A stretch of 62,780 nt of DNA, filler included, from Sphacelaria rigidula (Eukaryota), in assembly GCA_964200075.2 (NCBI GenBank). It is 5 parts of 5 records of this genome, joined end to end, with 100 filler letters (N's around TTAATTAATTAA, not from the genome) between each part and the next. Parts side by side here need not be neighbours in the genome. Positions count along the whole stretch, not along the records: positions 1 to 12,478 come from CAXNAA020003725.1; 4 more parts are not named here. One strand, 5' to 3'. Position 1 is the stretch's first letter; each line of letters starts with the position of its first letter. Shown here one piece after another: positions 1 to 11,765 of this stretch. The position numbers and the translations under genes were made by a program. The notes under the pieces are model-generated. The model saw only the letters and a program-made list of their open reading frames with translations, was not told where the DNA came from and did no database searches.

Positions 1-71
1 CGGGAATCGAACCCCCCTACTCAACCATCAGAAGGTTACGAGGTTACCAACTGAGCCACCGGGGCGACCGG
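1..71 (-). mobile_element. tRNA-derived SINE head (or tRNA pseudogene), truncated by contig start
   Basis: Minus strand reads GCCCCGG-TGGCTCAGTTGG (Pol III A box) ... AACC-TTCTGAT-GGTT stem-loop ... GGTTCGATTCCC (B box). The D-stem does not pair, so it is not an intact tRNA. Confidence 0.6.
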
Positions 72-489
72 CTAAAGTGCGGGGAAAGCACTGTTTTAGG
101 CTTGAACCTCATCTCGGAGTTAAACCTCAATTCGCACAATTTGCTGTTCTATGCTATTTATTCATGAACATTGACGCATGTTTCTACCAGCGTCCTCGTG
201 GTGATTTACTTGTGTGCATAGACAAATATGTTTTTACAAGTTGCCGCGTCCAAAACGGCGGTTAGGCTACAGACTATTGAATCAAGCTATATTTGCAGGC
301 AACTCCTGTTCATTTGTCCGGAGCGAGAGAGGGCCGTGGTCCTCCAAAGATAAAGTTAACAGATTCTGGTGCTGCTTCTTTACAAAACGTAAGATCGGGA
401 GGACGGCGCACCCTCCAGCTTGAACGAAGGCGATTATTTCGTGCCTTAATGATGCTATTTTGCATCATACTCTCTACACAACCAGTTCC

Positions 490-1128
490 CTATACTAGCC
501 TCTGTACGAGTAAGGTATACTTAGTAGCACGTGTTAGCCACTTGACCTGCCCATCTTCTCTGATAGCCTTCTTCATCTCTCTCTTCAGCTGCACTCTCCA
601 AGACGGAGCGTTGTCATCTAGGAACGTCACAAGAGCCTCATACGCCTCTCCTGTAGAATGCGGCAATTTCAGTGAACGCATGTGGTGGTCGCGCGGAATA
701 CCAAAGCACTCGCACACGGGATCCTTGTTTAAGACAGGTCGACGGCACCCACACGGCGTCGAGATAACATAGACCAAGGCGGCGATCGACTGCATGCGTT
801 GGCTATCGGCCAATATTCAGCCAAATCCGAAATGCGACCAGATAACGATCAGTCAAGCATGGGGGAGACTTGCATTATGGCATAATATCCACTATGGATA
901 TCCATGTCCACGGCGGTATCCACGTCCACTATGGATATCCATGTCCACGGTGGGTACCATCGGAGATGTCAGAGCCATGATGAAGATTCATGATGGCTGG
1001 GGATATTCATATCCGTGTGGAAGGTCCATGTTGGGATATCCCCGTTATCATGAGATTCCATTTTCTTCGCCTTTGGAACGTCTATGGTGTGACCACGGCT
1101 GGATACTCGGGCATCCCTCGATTTGTGG

Positions 1129-1164
<36 letters not shown>

Positions 1165-4100
1165 GCATGGATCTTCACGATGGATATTGATGGTCCATCA
1201 TGAATAATAATATTCATCTGGGATATCCAACAGCGATAGCTACGATCATCATGGACATCCCGACCCGAACACATGCCTCAACCCTAGCTCAAAGTACAAG
1301 ACTAAACTGAGCCCTAAACCCTGACCCAAACCACAAAGATATATGTTGGAGATGGATGTTCATGATGAATATGTGGATGCCCCACATTGAAATCGATGAT
1401 CGACATTCAAATCCATCCTGAATATGTCCCCCATGAGCACATCCATGGATACATTCATGGTTGATTTGGATGTGCGTCTTGGATTTTTCATGGCAATGCA
1501 AGACCGTGCGAACATCTACCCAAGGCAATACGATCAATTTCATCTGCCACTCAGTACCGTTAACCAGTCGCCGTGATCACGAATGTTCGTACGTTCAAGT
1601 TTCGTTGAAGGTTGGACTTCCAAGGCGAAGTTTGTCTCTTTAACATGGACATTTGCATGAAATCTGCGCCTTCTAAAAGCGAACGAAATCTTCTCTCGAA
1701 GTTTTCACGTCAGTTTGAAAGTTCGTTCTCGAGGTCGTAGGTGATGTTTAACGCCACGTTGACAAACCTTCCAATTTCACCATGATTTTCCCGGTGGAAG
1801 TTCAATCGAACATCGACGACAATTGTGGTACGGGATCAGGAGCAGCCGCAAGCTTGAAGGGGTAGGTTTGAGTTGAAGGTTCCAATAAAAAATGAAGATT
1901 CAAGTAAGAAGTTGCCGTATTAATATGAAAGCTTGAAATTGGAAATGACCACGTTCACTGTGACGCGTCGCGAATGATCAACATGAACCCCAGATGACTC
2001 GAGTCGACCCCAACGCTCATCGTGAAAGGGTACGTTGGAAACGCTAACGCCAACCCTCATCGCTATGGCTGGTGAAGATACCCAGAGTGCTCGGCGGCGG
2101 ATAGGGGCTAGCTGGGGAGATAGTCTGCTCAGAAAGCGAACAGTTTACCCATTGAACGAGTGAGCGCTCGCTTGTTCAATGGGTATACTGTTTGATTCCT
2201 GAACAAAAGGTATGCTGTGTGGTCCGTCCCGGCATGACACATCAGTGATCTCCGGGGCCCCTTGCCCCTCGCAAGCCTTACTGTTCACATGTGTGGGACT
2301 CGGACCGCGTATCTTTTGTTCAGGAAGCGAACACGTCACCCATTGAACAAGTGAACGCTCACTCGTTGAATGGGTAGGCCGTTCGCTTCCTGAACAGGTT
2401 CATGGTGATCAAAATTTGCTACTAGCATGTAACGATGACCAGATGCTTCCTTCAAAAATGCTGGTACCGAACATGATTTCCGAAGAAGACATCATTTGTA
2501 CAGTCAACCTTGAGCGAACTCCGCGCTAACCGGTCTTCGGGGATCCTATGAGTACACAGCTCCGGGTTTTGGATTTTCGATACTTTCGCTAAATCGAACC
2601 GATTACGATAGTTCTGGCGAACAAACTGACGGTTCAGGTTTAGGACGTTCTAGCTGAATATTGCGCTACAGCCGAAACACTTGTCATTTGGACCAGATTC
2701 GGCCTGTACCATCCCCACAAAAACAGGATTTTACCCTATCTACTCGAGTGATGCCACGGTAGGGATGTACGTTCTGAGCCAAAAGGTGTCTCGGGGTGTC
2801 GGAGGGGCTAGCGTTTGTGAACCAGCAACATTTTTACTGGAAAAAGACTGGAACTGATGCCGATTCACGAAAGGCCGCTGCGTGCAAACATCATATTTCT
2901 GGGAGTCCGGTCCTCGAAAGGTCATGGTTGCCCAGTGAGCCCCGGATATCTGTCATTTAGAGGCTCCTGCAAGGAAGAGAGCCCCAGAGACGATAAGTGC
3001 ACCCCTAACGTGGCATTACTCACTCCGTGTGAGCCCGAATACACAAAGGCGGGAAACGTTTTATGTGAGCGACGTTCTCTTTCATCAACATCTACCGGTT
3101 CTGAAACTGTTAAGTGTGAATAGCAAGCAGTCTGTAAAAACGTCTCGAATAATGAATCTAGTTTTCAAACGTTGACTGCTGTAGACAGCAGGGAGCATTG
3201 CCGGCTTCGAGCTGAACGTTGGACTCTCAGGCTGAATCTTCATCGTCAATGCTGACCTCAAGTTTTTCGCTAGCATGATGGGAAGTTCTAATTGATATTT
3301 TCCGGTTTTAAGTCGAACTACCAGTGTTTTGAATCCTTCGGGAGAGTTTCACTCTCAGCATCGCTTTTCTTACGCGAACGCACAGAAACCTTCGATGCAT
3401 ATATTCATGGCATTCAACTGAGTCTTGACGTTCATGATCAATTATCACGCGGAAATCAAAAGGACTCACGAGCTGCCTCTTAGACACCACGACCCAAAAT
3501 CTCCGATATCGAGCAAGAACAGCGAGGGCGGGTGGTGGGGTGGGCTACGCATGTCACTGTATCAGTATCCGCCATATACCGTAACTGTATTTCATCATGA
3601 TTCGACAAGAAAACAAATGGCGAAGACTCTGAAGCCCAAACGATCCCGTCTGCCGAACACATGCCTCCGGACACCCGGCAGGATTCAATCTCACACTTGG
3701 ATATGGATGCGGACGCGTTCTGCCTGCCCCCACCCCGTAAAGTTCCAGTCAAGTGCTCCTCAGGTGTGAAAGGTGCTGTTGCAATACTTGAAGCCGATCA
3801 TGGAAACCTCAACATACATCGAAACGTTTGGAGTTACAGAAGGCGGGGGTGGAACGTGGTGCCTGAGCAAGTTAACGCGACTCTCTTTAGTGAAGGTCAG
3901 ACTTTCGAGACGAGCGAATCGACTTTCGAATGAACACACAACTTGCATTCGTGGCAATGATAAGCCTTCGATGTTATGTCGACGAGATACTCGATCCGGG
4001 CACACGAATCAGCCCACGCAAAGTGTAGTCACCCGTCAGTTTTTTCCCTTCGGTCTCGTCTTCGGAAGAGGAGTGCCCCAGCACAGATCTTGCCCGCGAT

Positions 4101-7100
4101 TGAGGACTTTCCGATGTGTGGTCTCCTTCACCGCGTGCCTCTCCGACCGTTTTGTTGGCGGCAGATCTCAGTGCTGCAGAAACCTTGCGGCAGTCGGTGT
4201 GCATTACAGGAGATAGTCACTTACATTGAGCCATATTTGGTCCAGGATACTTGTGTTCAAAACCACACCGAGGCGAGGAGTACCCTATCGAAGAGCAGAA
4301 CGTACACGGATATGCAAAGACGAAGCACCGTGCGTTCTTCTCGCTGGTAAGTAACATTGACAGCGCATATATTCGCGGATGTGAAGTACTGAATTGGCAC
4401 TAGGCTAGGTCACTATGTCCGAGGGTGCCAAACGTTCTCGCTGCCATCTCCGGGACAATGAAATGGTAATTTCTGCGGCCAATGCAGTACAGTTTCTGAT
4501 GAACTTTCTGCAATGCCGCGCCCCACTTGGTGTACGCTTGTGGATGGGTCGGGTCGGTGTGATAGTAGCGAGCCGGTCAAGCGATTCAGCACGCCTTGTT
4601 GGGAGGCCGTTGTTTCTACATGATAGAGAACGCGTTACCTGTTGCCCTGCGAGGAAGTTAGCGCCTAGTGCCGCCGACATGCCTTCCACGGCCGCTGGTG
4701 ACACCCCTGCCGACATGCATGCTGCCTTGCACCCCAGCTTAAGAACGAAGGCGCTAGCCTGCGCTTGATGAGGGTAGCGGAGAGTGACGAATCTGACAGT
4801 GTGTTGGAGTGTATACCCAGTCTGCAAGAGTGCTGTGAAATGATACGGAGAAGCGACGCCCGCGATACCGGCGGTACAGCATCCCGAAAAGGATTTTCTC
4901 CTGGAAGGCAGTGATCGTCCGGTAGCTCGGCCGCGTCAGCGCGATAAATGATGCTCAATACTATTGTGACAAATATATACATATGAATTTCACGACGTTA
5001 TTTTGACTTGTTTTGTTTCGTGTCTCGAAGTTTGATTCCCTTCGTTCTTATCGCTCTTTGGATTTCCCCTCGCCCTAGTCTCCTTTAGCGAGTGCTTTCG
5101 TTTAGTTCACGCTGGGTGCATCTCCTGTGTGACCACGGCGAAATTCCCCCGGGATCAGGTAGTGCATGACAATGAATCAAAATCAAGCAACCAATGCTGC
5201 GTACAGAATACTCTCTAGACTTTATCGCCCGGCATGGAATATCTTTTCATTCCGAATGGCCTCCTGTTTCCGACGACTGGGTATGGGCGTGGTTCTGCGT
5301 TAGACCTTTTTTGCCAATGCTATGTGGGAGAGGCCGGCCATTTCTTTCCCGATGTTTTTATTTTTTCTGTTCCCTTTTTTCGTCAGTCTACTCTGTTGTT
5401 CTGTTCTACCTTTCCCAAAAAACAAATTTGTCAGCGAGTCTTTCAGTCTTGTGTTGTCTCGGATACGTCTATCAGGAAACCGGATCCCCGGGGGGTCAGT
5501 GAAAGAGCGACAATCAATCAATCAATCATGGGGAAATGAGTCAACTCTAGACCCTGAGGCTTTCAGAATGTACGGTACAACTACCCCGCATACCCGAATG
5601 ACAAAAGCAGACCCGAGGATGTTGCGGAATCGCGAGCGAACGCCTTGATCTCGTAGTGTAGTGATCCATTACACCGTCACGTGGCCGGTTTGGTGCTCGA
5701 ACAACCTGCCGTAGTTTTTCTACCCCCCGGACCCATCCGAGGACATCCAAGACTGAATACACGAACTCGGACGGGACACATTGCTGCACAAGCTACTCGT
5801 GTGACCAAGTAGGCGTATACGAGGCGTTTATGGATCTATACCTGTATTGCCGGTGCCCACCTCTCCAGGCTCATCCGGGGACAGGAGATTTTGATTCCTT
5901 CTCCGATTGGCGCCAAGTCATGGGCACACAGGAATGTTAGCACGTTGCAGTCCGTGAACCAGGTGTCCGGTTTCCACAGCTGGGGTTGGACAGGCCGTTC
6001 AGGTACAAGTTAGATATTCTGTTGTCAATACGTTGCTTGTATTGAACCTGCTTCCGCGACCACCGTTCACCACAGGATTCGACCGTCTCTTGCGAATTGA
6101 CTCGGGTCCTGACTGTGTTCGGTTCGAGTCTCGGCTACATGAGCCCAAGGTAGTGCTCGCACCAGGTGTCCTGAGCACGATGATCATATGCACGGTGGGT
6201 AACCTCCTACACTGTACCGTCCGCTTTAAGTACGGGTGCACCAGCTCTCATGCCTTTGGTTCAAGTCAGGAACGGGTTGGAATTGAGTCGGCTGATGCCA
6301 GCACCTATTGTCGGTTCCGTGTTACGGGCTTCAATGATGACTCTGCTGCCACTTCTACATCGAAGGCACCACAAGGGAGCTAGCCAACACGTCAAGCGCG
6401 ATGAATGGGGTCGCGCGATGTGTCAACAGCACGCCTTCCTGAGCAATCAAATGATCGGGCTCAGGCATGGCAAAATCCAGAGTGTAACTGAACAGCACTG
6501 TCAACACAGGGTAAAGTACGGCAAAAACAACTATCTTATTCTGGACTAGGCTGAAGTGCTGGGTTATTAGCCACGGGCTCGTTGTTGCTCGTTTAGACCT
6601 GGCGACAGTTTTTTTAATCGTTACACGTGAAAAAATACTGTTTATTTCTGCTACAACAACTAGGCACCCAAACGTTATATGCCGACCCCAAGTAGATATG
6701 TCTGGAAACGTGTTGCTCGAAACTCAAAACCTTTACGCCATTGCCTTTGATCTGTGCCTTATGTATTGCGGGGGAATCTGAATGTCACGCATGTGCAGCG
6801 CTGCGGATGGCGCTTGTGGACAATGTACCGCACTGGGCCTCACCGCCGTATCTTCAAAGCAACAATATACGGGGCCATGAAATTTACCCGTTGTACCTTC
6901 TCTCACGCCAACAGCTAGCTCTCTAGCATGCGTCACCGTAGCCTCGCGTGATTCTGTGTGCGCGTGTAGGCAGTTCCAACGGTCTATGTTCGTCTGTACA
7001 ACACTGCTCGTGGCGTTTGAACGTTAAAATCACGAGGTAAATGGCGAGAGCAAGAACAGCCGCTCCTCGAAATTGAGGACCGAGCTTTTTATTGAGGATG

Positions 7101-9261
7101 AGAACCCGGAGGGTTAAAATCTTCGTATCCACACTAAGTCTTCAAAGTATGGTTCCATTTCCTTCACCTACTGGTAGCTATTGACAATTACTACATGCCA
7201 TGCACATTTCGATTTCGATAACTGAAATGTTGGGGTCCTAGGTGAAGAAACGATTTCGTGGAATTTCGACGATCCGATCGGATCACCTAAATTCCCCCAA
7301 ATCGTTTCTTCATCTAGGACCCCAACAACTCGGGTACCGAAATCTACATGTGGAGGGCGTGTAGCAGGTATCAATAGCTACCCGCAGGTGAAGGAATGGA
7401 ACCATATTTCGAAGATTTGGTGTAGACAGGGGGATTTTAATCCTCCGGGTTCTCATTCTCGATAAAAGCTCCATCCTCAATTTCGACGTTCGGCTGTGCA
7501 AGGCATGGAGGTCTCGATGTGATATGACTAGGCTTCTACTCATTATGCTAGCATAATTTCTGGAATAACTCCACCTTGGTAGCATAAATAGCATGCCGTT
7601 TCAGCAAGTAGCATAAATAGCATAGCGTTTCAGCAAGTAGCATAATCGAGCATAACATTTCACCGTAGGGGTGGGAATACTGGTCTAAATACCGGCCTGC
7701 TGTGATAGTTTGGGCGAGAACTCTGCTATCATCGACCGCGGGTCTGAGGTACGTGTGTTCTCTGGAACTAGTCATTCAAACTGCCAGTCTGAGCGATCGC
7801 AGGTCTGAAAAACGTTTTCATGAAAGCATACGGCACAAAACATAAACACGTACAACGTACTACACAGTATAAACTCTGGCCATCTCGCCCTCTGCTGTAT
7901 TTCAGGAACACTGCCGCGGCGATGCGATCACTGAGAGTTGGTTCCTGTCTACTATCCAGGCGCGCCCGGAGAACACGGGACACTCGCTCTATGAATCATG
8001 ACGATGGCTGGATTAGCGCCAGGTCCATCGCCACGCTGTACCAAGCTGGCAGACGGCTCCTCAGGACCTGTTGTCCCTCCAGAACGTCAATAGGTTGTAT
8101 TCAGCATCGCCGTCGGTTGCCGCTCGATATTGACGTTCTGGAGGGACAAGAGGTCCTGAGGAGCCGTCTGCCAGCTTGGCACAGCGTGGCGATGGACCTG
8201 GCGCTAATCCAGCCATCGTCATGATTCATAGAGCGAGTGTCCCGTGTTCTCCGGGCGCGCATGGCTACTGTAGTAGACAGGAACAAACTCTTAGTGATCG
8301 CATCGCCGCGGCAGTGTTCCTGAAATACAACAGAGGGCAAGATGGTCAGAGTTTATGAGCGATATGGGATGCAGTGGTGGACGGTATTGGGGGGTGGTGA
8401 GTGGCGAATGCAACTCCACCGTGCAGTGTGAAACGTTACAAAGTACCGTCGTTGTGAAAACGCGAAGCAAAGGGTACCAGCGTATTTCTCTCGGAGAATA
8501 TTCGAGGAACATTAATGAAGGGGATCTCGGAACCGTTTGAATGTGGGATGTGGGTGGTCGGTGGGAAGCCCACGTGTGTGTTCTTTTGATCTTGGCTTCC
8601 CATTTCATTTGTGTGTGTTTTGGTCTTGTACTTTCTCTGGCTACTTCATTCTTCTTGTCTACTCCTGTATTTCCCCCAATTCCTACCCCTTTGCGTGTTC
8701 CCTTGTTCGCACCTTGTTTCCTGGGCTGTACCCATCTTGCGACCTCGGCCGAAATTCGAAGCGGACTGGTTCATGCGAGACAATCAATCTAACAGTTATT
8801 CGTCAACTCAATGTCAGTTTCTTGTGTGTCGTTGTCCGTGGACGCGAGTTCCTCGACATGGGACAGGCGACGAGTGAACACATCATGTGGTTTCGTGATT
8901 TGTCGTTTTGAGTGTGGTGATGAGATGCGTCGGCATCGGCCTTCGCAAGGTGCGTACAACGTACAATTATGGTGCCAGATTGTGATGGATATTGCAATGA
9001 ACAGTTTGCATGCCATATATCATGCCTCTACGGCGGCGGGGGAGCGACATATGGCACAAAATGCAGTATATATAGCGCGCGATGATATAAAATGATGCAC
9101 CGTGCACGAGAACAGAAAAATACGACATTCGATCGCACTAATCCAGGTCAGTAGCACTTCATATAGATACATCCAAGGTTCCCCTTCGGGACGTTGGTAC
9201 GGGCCTCCCGGGGGTGACGCAACTTGAAAATATATATTTTGTCAGGTTTCCCACGATCTGA

Positions 9262-9294
<33 letters not shown>

Positions 9295-11415
9295 CGCACT
9301 GTGACTGATCCCCTAGGGGTCCAGCCGTGGTCTTATGATAGACGTACCCAAGAAAAACGAAACTGAAACACGCTCTAAGGGAAAAAAAAAAAACTTGAAG
9401 AGACTTTTGGGGCACGCGAACGACACCGCGCGCAAACGGGCCACGTTGAGCGACTTTCGGTGACCAGAACACGTGCCACAGGTATCAGATGACGCCCAAA
9501 CCCGAACGGTAATGTACCGCTGAGCCTTCTCGGTGCGCTGCGATGGGACGTGTGGGAAAAGATGCCTTGCCGCAAGAGAAAACTCGGTAAAAGCGGTGAA
9601 AATGTGAAATGATACATGTACATAATATACATGGCGCGTGTAAGCACTGACAGCGCTTGCACGGCCGTGCCTCCTGAAGTGAGTACCTCTACAGGCGATA
9701 CCGAGATAGGTACCGCGGAAAATTACATCATCCAGAGTGTACCCACTACGGATCGATGCTCGTTTATCGGGGCACGAGCCACCCAGCAGGTCATGATGTG
9801 GAAGTGAGCGCATCTGCGTGTCTATATATGCATCCACTGACGTTTCACACAGTATGGGCCGAGGGGACTCCGTTTTGAGGGCGTATCGATGGCATTGCCC
9901 AGTATCCGTATTCACTTCGTGCGTCTGGCGCACCACGTAAAACGTGCTGCCGATCCGGGAATATACTATCTATGTTGTGGCCTACCTCTGTGCCAATTTT
10001 CAGGCTGGTTCGTTCAGACACAGCGGAGAAATCCACAAGCAAAGTAACGCTTGACTTGTACTGAAAATGCGGTACTGAGCCGTCGCAAGATACACGAGGT
10101 GCGTACTCGGATGATCCTCCCTATCAACCCTGTCACAGGGACAAACCTGTCAAGCCTGTCACAAGGTCAAACCTGTCAACCCTGTCACAAGGATACCCCT
10201 GCGCCTATATTTCACAGGTTCATCCTACGGGTTGCATGATCGCAGGGATTTCGGCAACCCTCTTTCTTGGTTTTAGACAGTTGGTCCACAGTGGGGACGT
10301 TTGCCCACGTGTGTGCCTTGTTCAAGTCGCCAAAGGCTCACCGCACGGTCTGGTGTATGCTGCTGACTAAGGCCAAGGCAGTGTTCAATTGTTTTCAACT
10401 ACATTGCTCTCATGTTCTCGTGAAATTGGCAGCATGAGCGGTATACTCGTGCTCCCAAGTGAACGAGAACCCGACGAAGAAAAACACGGGGGGGAAATAC
10501 CCCGCCAACCATCATCCTGCTGCTTGAAGTTTTTCATAAACTTGGGAAGGCTTTTGTGGTTCGGGATCGACACCCCGCAAAAAAGAGCCAGTGCAGGCGA
10601 CTTTCGGTGGTCAGAACACGCGCCACAGGTATCAGATGACACCCAAACCTGAACGGTAATGTACCGCTGCGCCTTCTTCATGCACTGCAAAAGAAAGCGC
10701 GTGATGAGATGCCTTGCCGCCAGAGAAAACTCTGCAAAAGAGGTGAAAAACGTTATATGATACATGTGCATATATATATATATATATCATGCATATAGCG
10801 ATCGGTGGGTCTGTATCCGGTCGAAAATGGCATCCTTGTTGGATATTACGAGCGTAATCGAGCACAAATTCCACGTTGCGAGCTTAAATCGAGCTCATTG
10901 TTTTTGAAATTGTGAGCATAAATTGAGCATAAATTTCGCTTCACGAGCAGAAGTTTTGGTGAGATTACTATTGATGGCATGGAAACTGGACCTTACAAGC
11001 ATAAAAATGAGTAGAAGCCTAGATATCCGTAAGAAGTGTAACAAGATGAGACATGATTTACAGACACTGGCTATGGTGAGGGGGGGTGTTCGCGCTGATG
11101 GCATGTACGCTATTGCAAAGAACTTGCGGGTAAAGCTACGGCACATATTGGCACTTTCTCGTGGTGCTGCAAGATGCTCACTTGCTATAAAGAAAATTAG
11201 TCACCATCAATAGCGTCCTATCCACACTCGAACGAATGTATCTTTTACTGGCTCTTACCGCTGGCGAGTCCTTCGCGGGTGTCAATGTGAACAGGCGCGG
11301 ACAGTCTGCGTCCGCCTCGATGAGACAGTCCAGCATGCGATCCATCATGCCGAGATGCTCCAGGATTTCGTCAGCTCGAGCCTCCAACCGTTTCATGCTC
11401 TCATCCAACAGCAAC
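490..11415 (-). CDS. 3' part of a spliced gene ending in a Roco/COR-like C-terminal domain (5' exons outside contig)
   Basis: Phase-compatible AG/GT-bounded exons: 11415-11259 (LLLDESMKRLEARADEILEHLGMMDRMLDCLIEADADCPRLFTLTPAKDSPA), 5979-5842 (LWKPDTWFTDCNVLTFLCAHDLAPIGEGIKISCPRMSLERWAPAIQ), 4758-4639 (ASAFVLKLGCKAACMSAGVSPAAVEGMSAALGANFLAGQQ), 4183-4033 (VSAALR...GKKLT-G; AAG acceptor, less certain), 650-490 (EAYEALVTFLDDNAPSWRVQLKREMKKAIREDGQVKWL...stop). The motif order CPRLF / L.FLC.H / G..I..P....WAP / LTG.AY.AL..FL / DG...W is recalled from the C-terminal region of bacterial-type and brown-algal Roco proteins. The family label is from memory, not a search. Confidence 0.7.
1061..1162 (+). 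mobile_element. 5'-truncated RTE-like LINE 3' end with (AATC)n tail
   Basis: GTCTAT...GACCACGGCTGGA...GTGGCAATCAATCAATC matches the tail motif found downstream of the RTE ORF remnant at 45465-46865. Confidence 0.65.
2125..2397. repeat. Double-hairpin (dumbbell) palindromic element, MITE-like
   Basis: Two ~80-nt palindromes centred on ACCCATTGAAC(G/A)AGTGA(G/A)CGCTC...AATGGGTA (~2126-2205 and ~2318-2396). The outer ends CTGCTCAGAAAGCGAAC / GTTCGCTTCCTGAACAG are also inverted. Confidence 0.75.
5000..5527 (+). mobile_element. Two tandem 5'-truncated RTE-like LINE 3' ends
   Basis: Tails at ~5130-5195 and ~5480-5527 (GGGGGTCAGTGAAAGAGCGACAATCAATC). 5280-5340 resembles the 3'UTR at 45640-45705 (GGTTCTGCG..AGA.C, ATGTGG..AGGCC.GCC). 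Confidence 0.7.
7056..7497. repeat. Degenerate foldback (MITE-like) inverted repeat, ~210-bp arms
   Basis: ACAGCCG..TCGAAATTGAGGA..GAGAACCCGGAGG at the left mirrors CCTCCGGGTTCTC..TCCTCAATTTCGA..CGGCTGT at the right; the centre is GATCCGATCGGATC. Confidence 0.8.
7869..8356. ncRNA. Near-perfect long hairpin; candidate miRNA/siRNA precursor (intronic)
   Basis: Inner stem 7960-8092 / 8128-8260 is 133 bp with 2 mismatches. Outer stem 7869-7954 / 8271-8356 is 86 bp with 5 mismatches. The loop is 35 nt. The inverted repeat is certain; the RNA function is inferred. Confidence 0.45.
9257..9393 (-). mobile_element. RTE-like LINE 3' end with (AATC)n tail
   Basis: (GATT)n-GTCGCACTGTGACTGATCCCCTAGGGGTCCAGCCGTGGTC on the plus strand. 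Confidence 0.75.
9394..10770. repeat. Two diverged direct copies of a ~230-bp dispersed repeat (9394-9625 and 10541-10770)
   Basis: Shared GCGACTTTCGGTG..CAGAACACG.GCCACAGGTATCAGATGAC.CCCAAACC.GAACGGTAATGTACCGCTG ... GATGCCTTGCCGC.AGAGAAAACTC. Confidence 0.8.
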
Positions 11416-11515
11416 CTGCAGAAGAGCAATTCACACAGTGTCAACTTCGAATCAACGGGCGTTGTTCTGGAGAGTTTTCCGTTGATTCTCTTCGTGGGCG
11501 TAGGAATCTTCCACC

Positions 11516-11765
11516 GAGCAATGCTACGACGGCAGGGGCGCACTTTTTACGCGATTTCTTGTCTGGTTCAGGGGCTCCTATAACGATTCTAGATGCACAA
11601 GAAAATGGGTCAGGGCATCCCCATTTGGAACCACATTCGGGATAAGCCTCGCACATTGGAATACTAATCCTGGCGTATTTCTATATTTTTCATGAGTCGT
11701 GTTTCGGATGAGATAAAGAGCTCCTCACAATTCTAACCTCAGGCACCCCTACCGTAGCATCCCTC
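11516..11765. mobile_element. MITE family B (GAG-terminated TIR, 4-bp TSD; Sola2-like)
   Basis: TIR GAGCAATGCTACG..GGCAGGG / CCCTACCGTAGCATCCCTC. The body matches the copies at 51009-51265, 55552-55789 and 56297-56496. Confidence 0.75.

Noticed and set aside
1..71. Functional tRNA-Gln(CTG)
   Set aside because: The D-arm cannot pair and the 3' acceptor strand is missing; similar heads elsewhere belong to SINEs.
9687..9813. Extra exon of the Roco-like gene (CAG|MRSLPHHDLL...)
   Set aside because: The obvious donors give phase 1, and exons 11259 and 5979 already join into a continuous motif without it.
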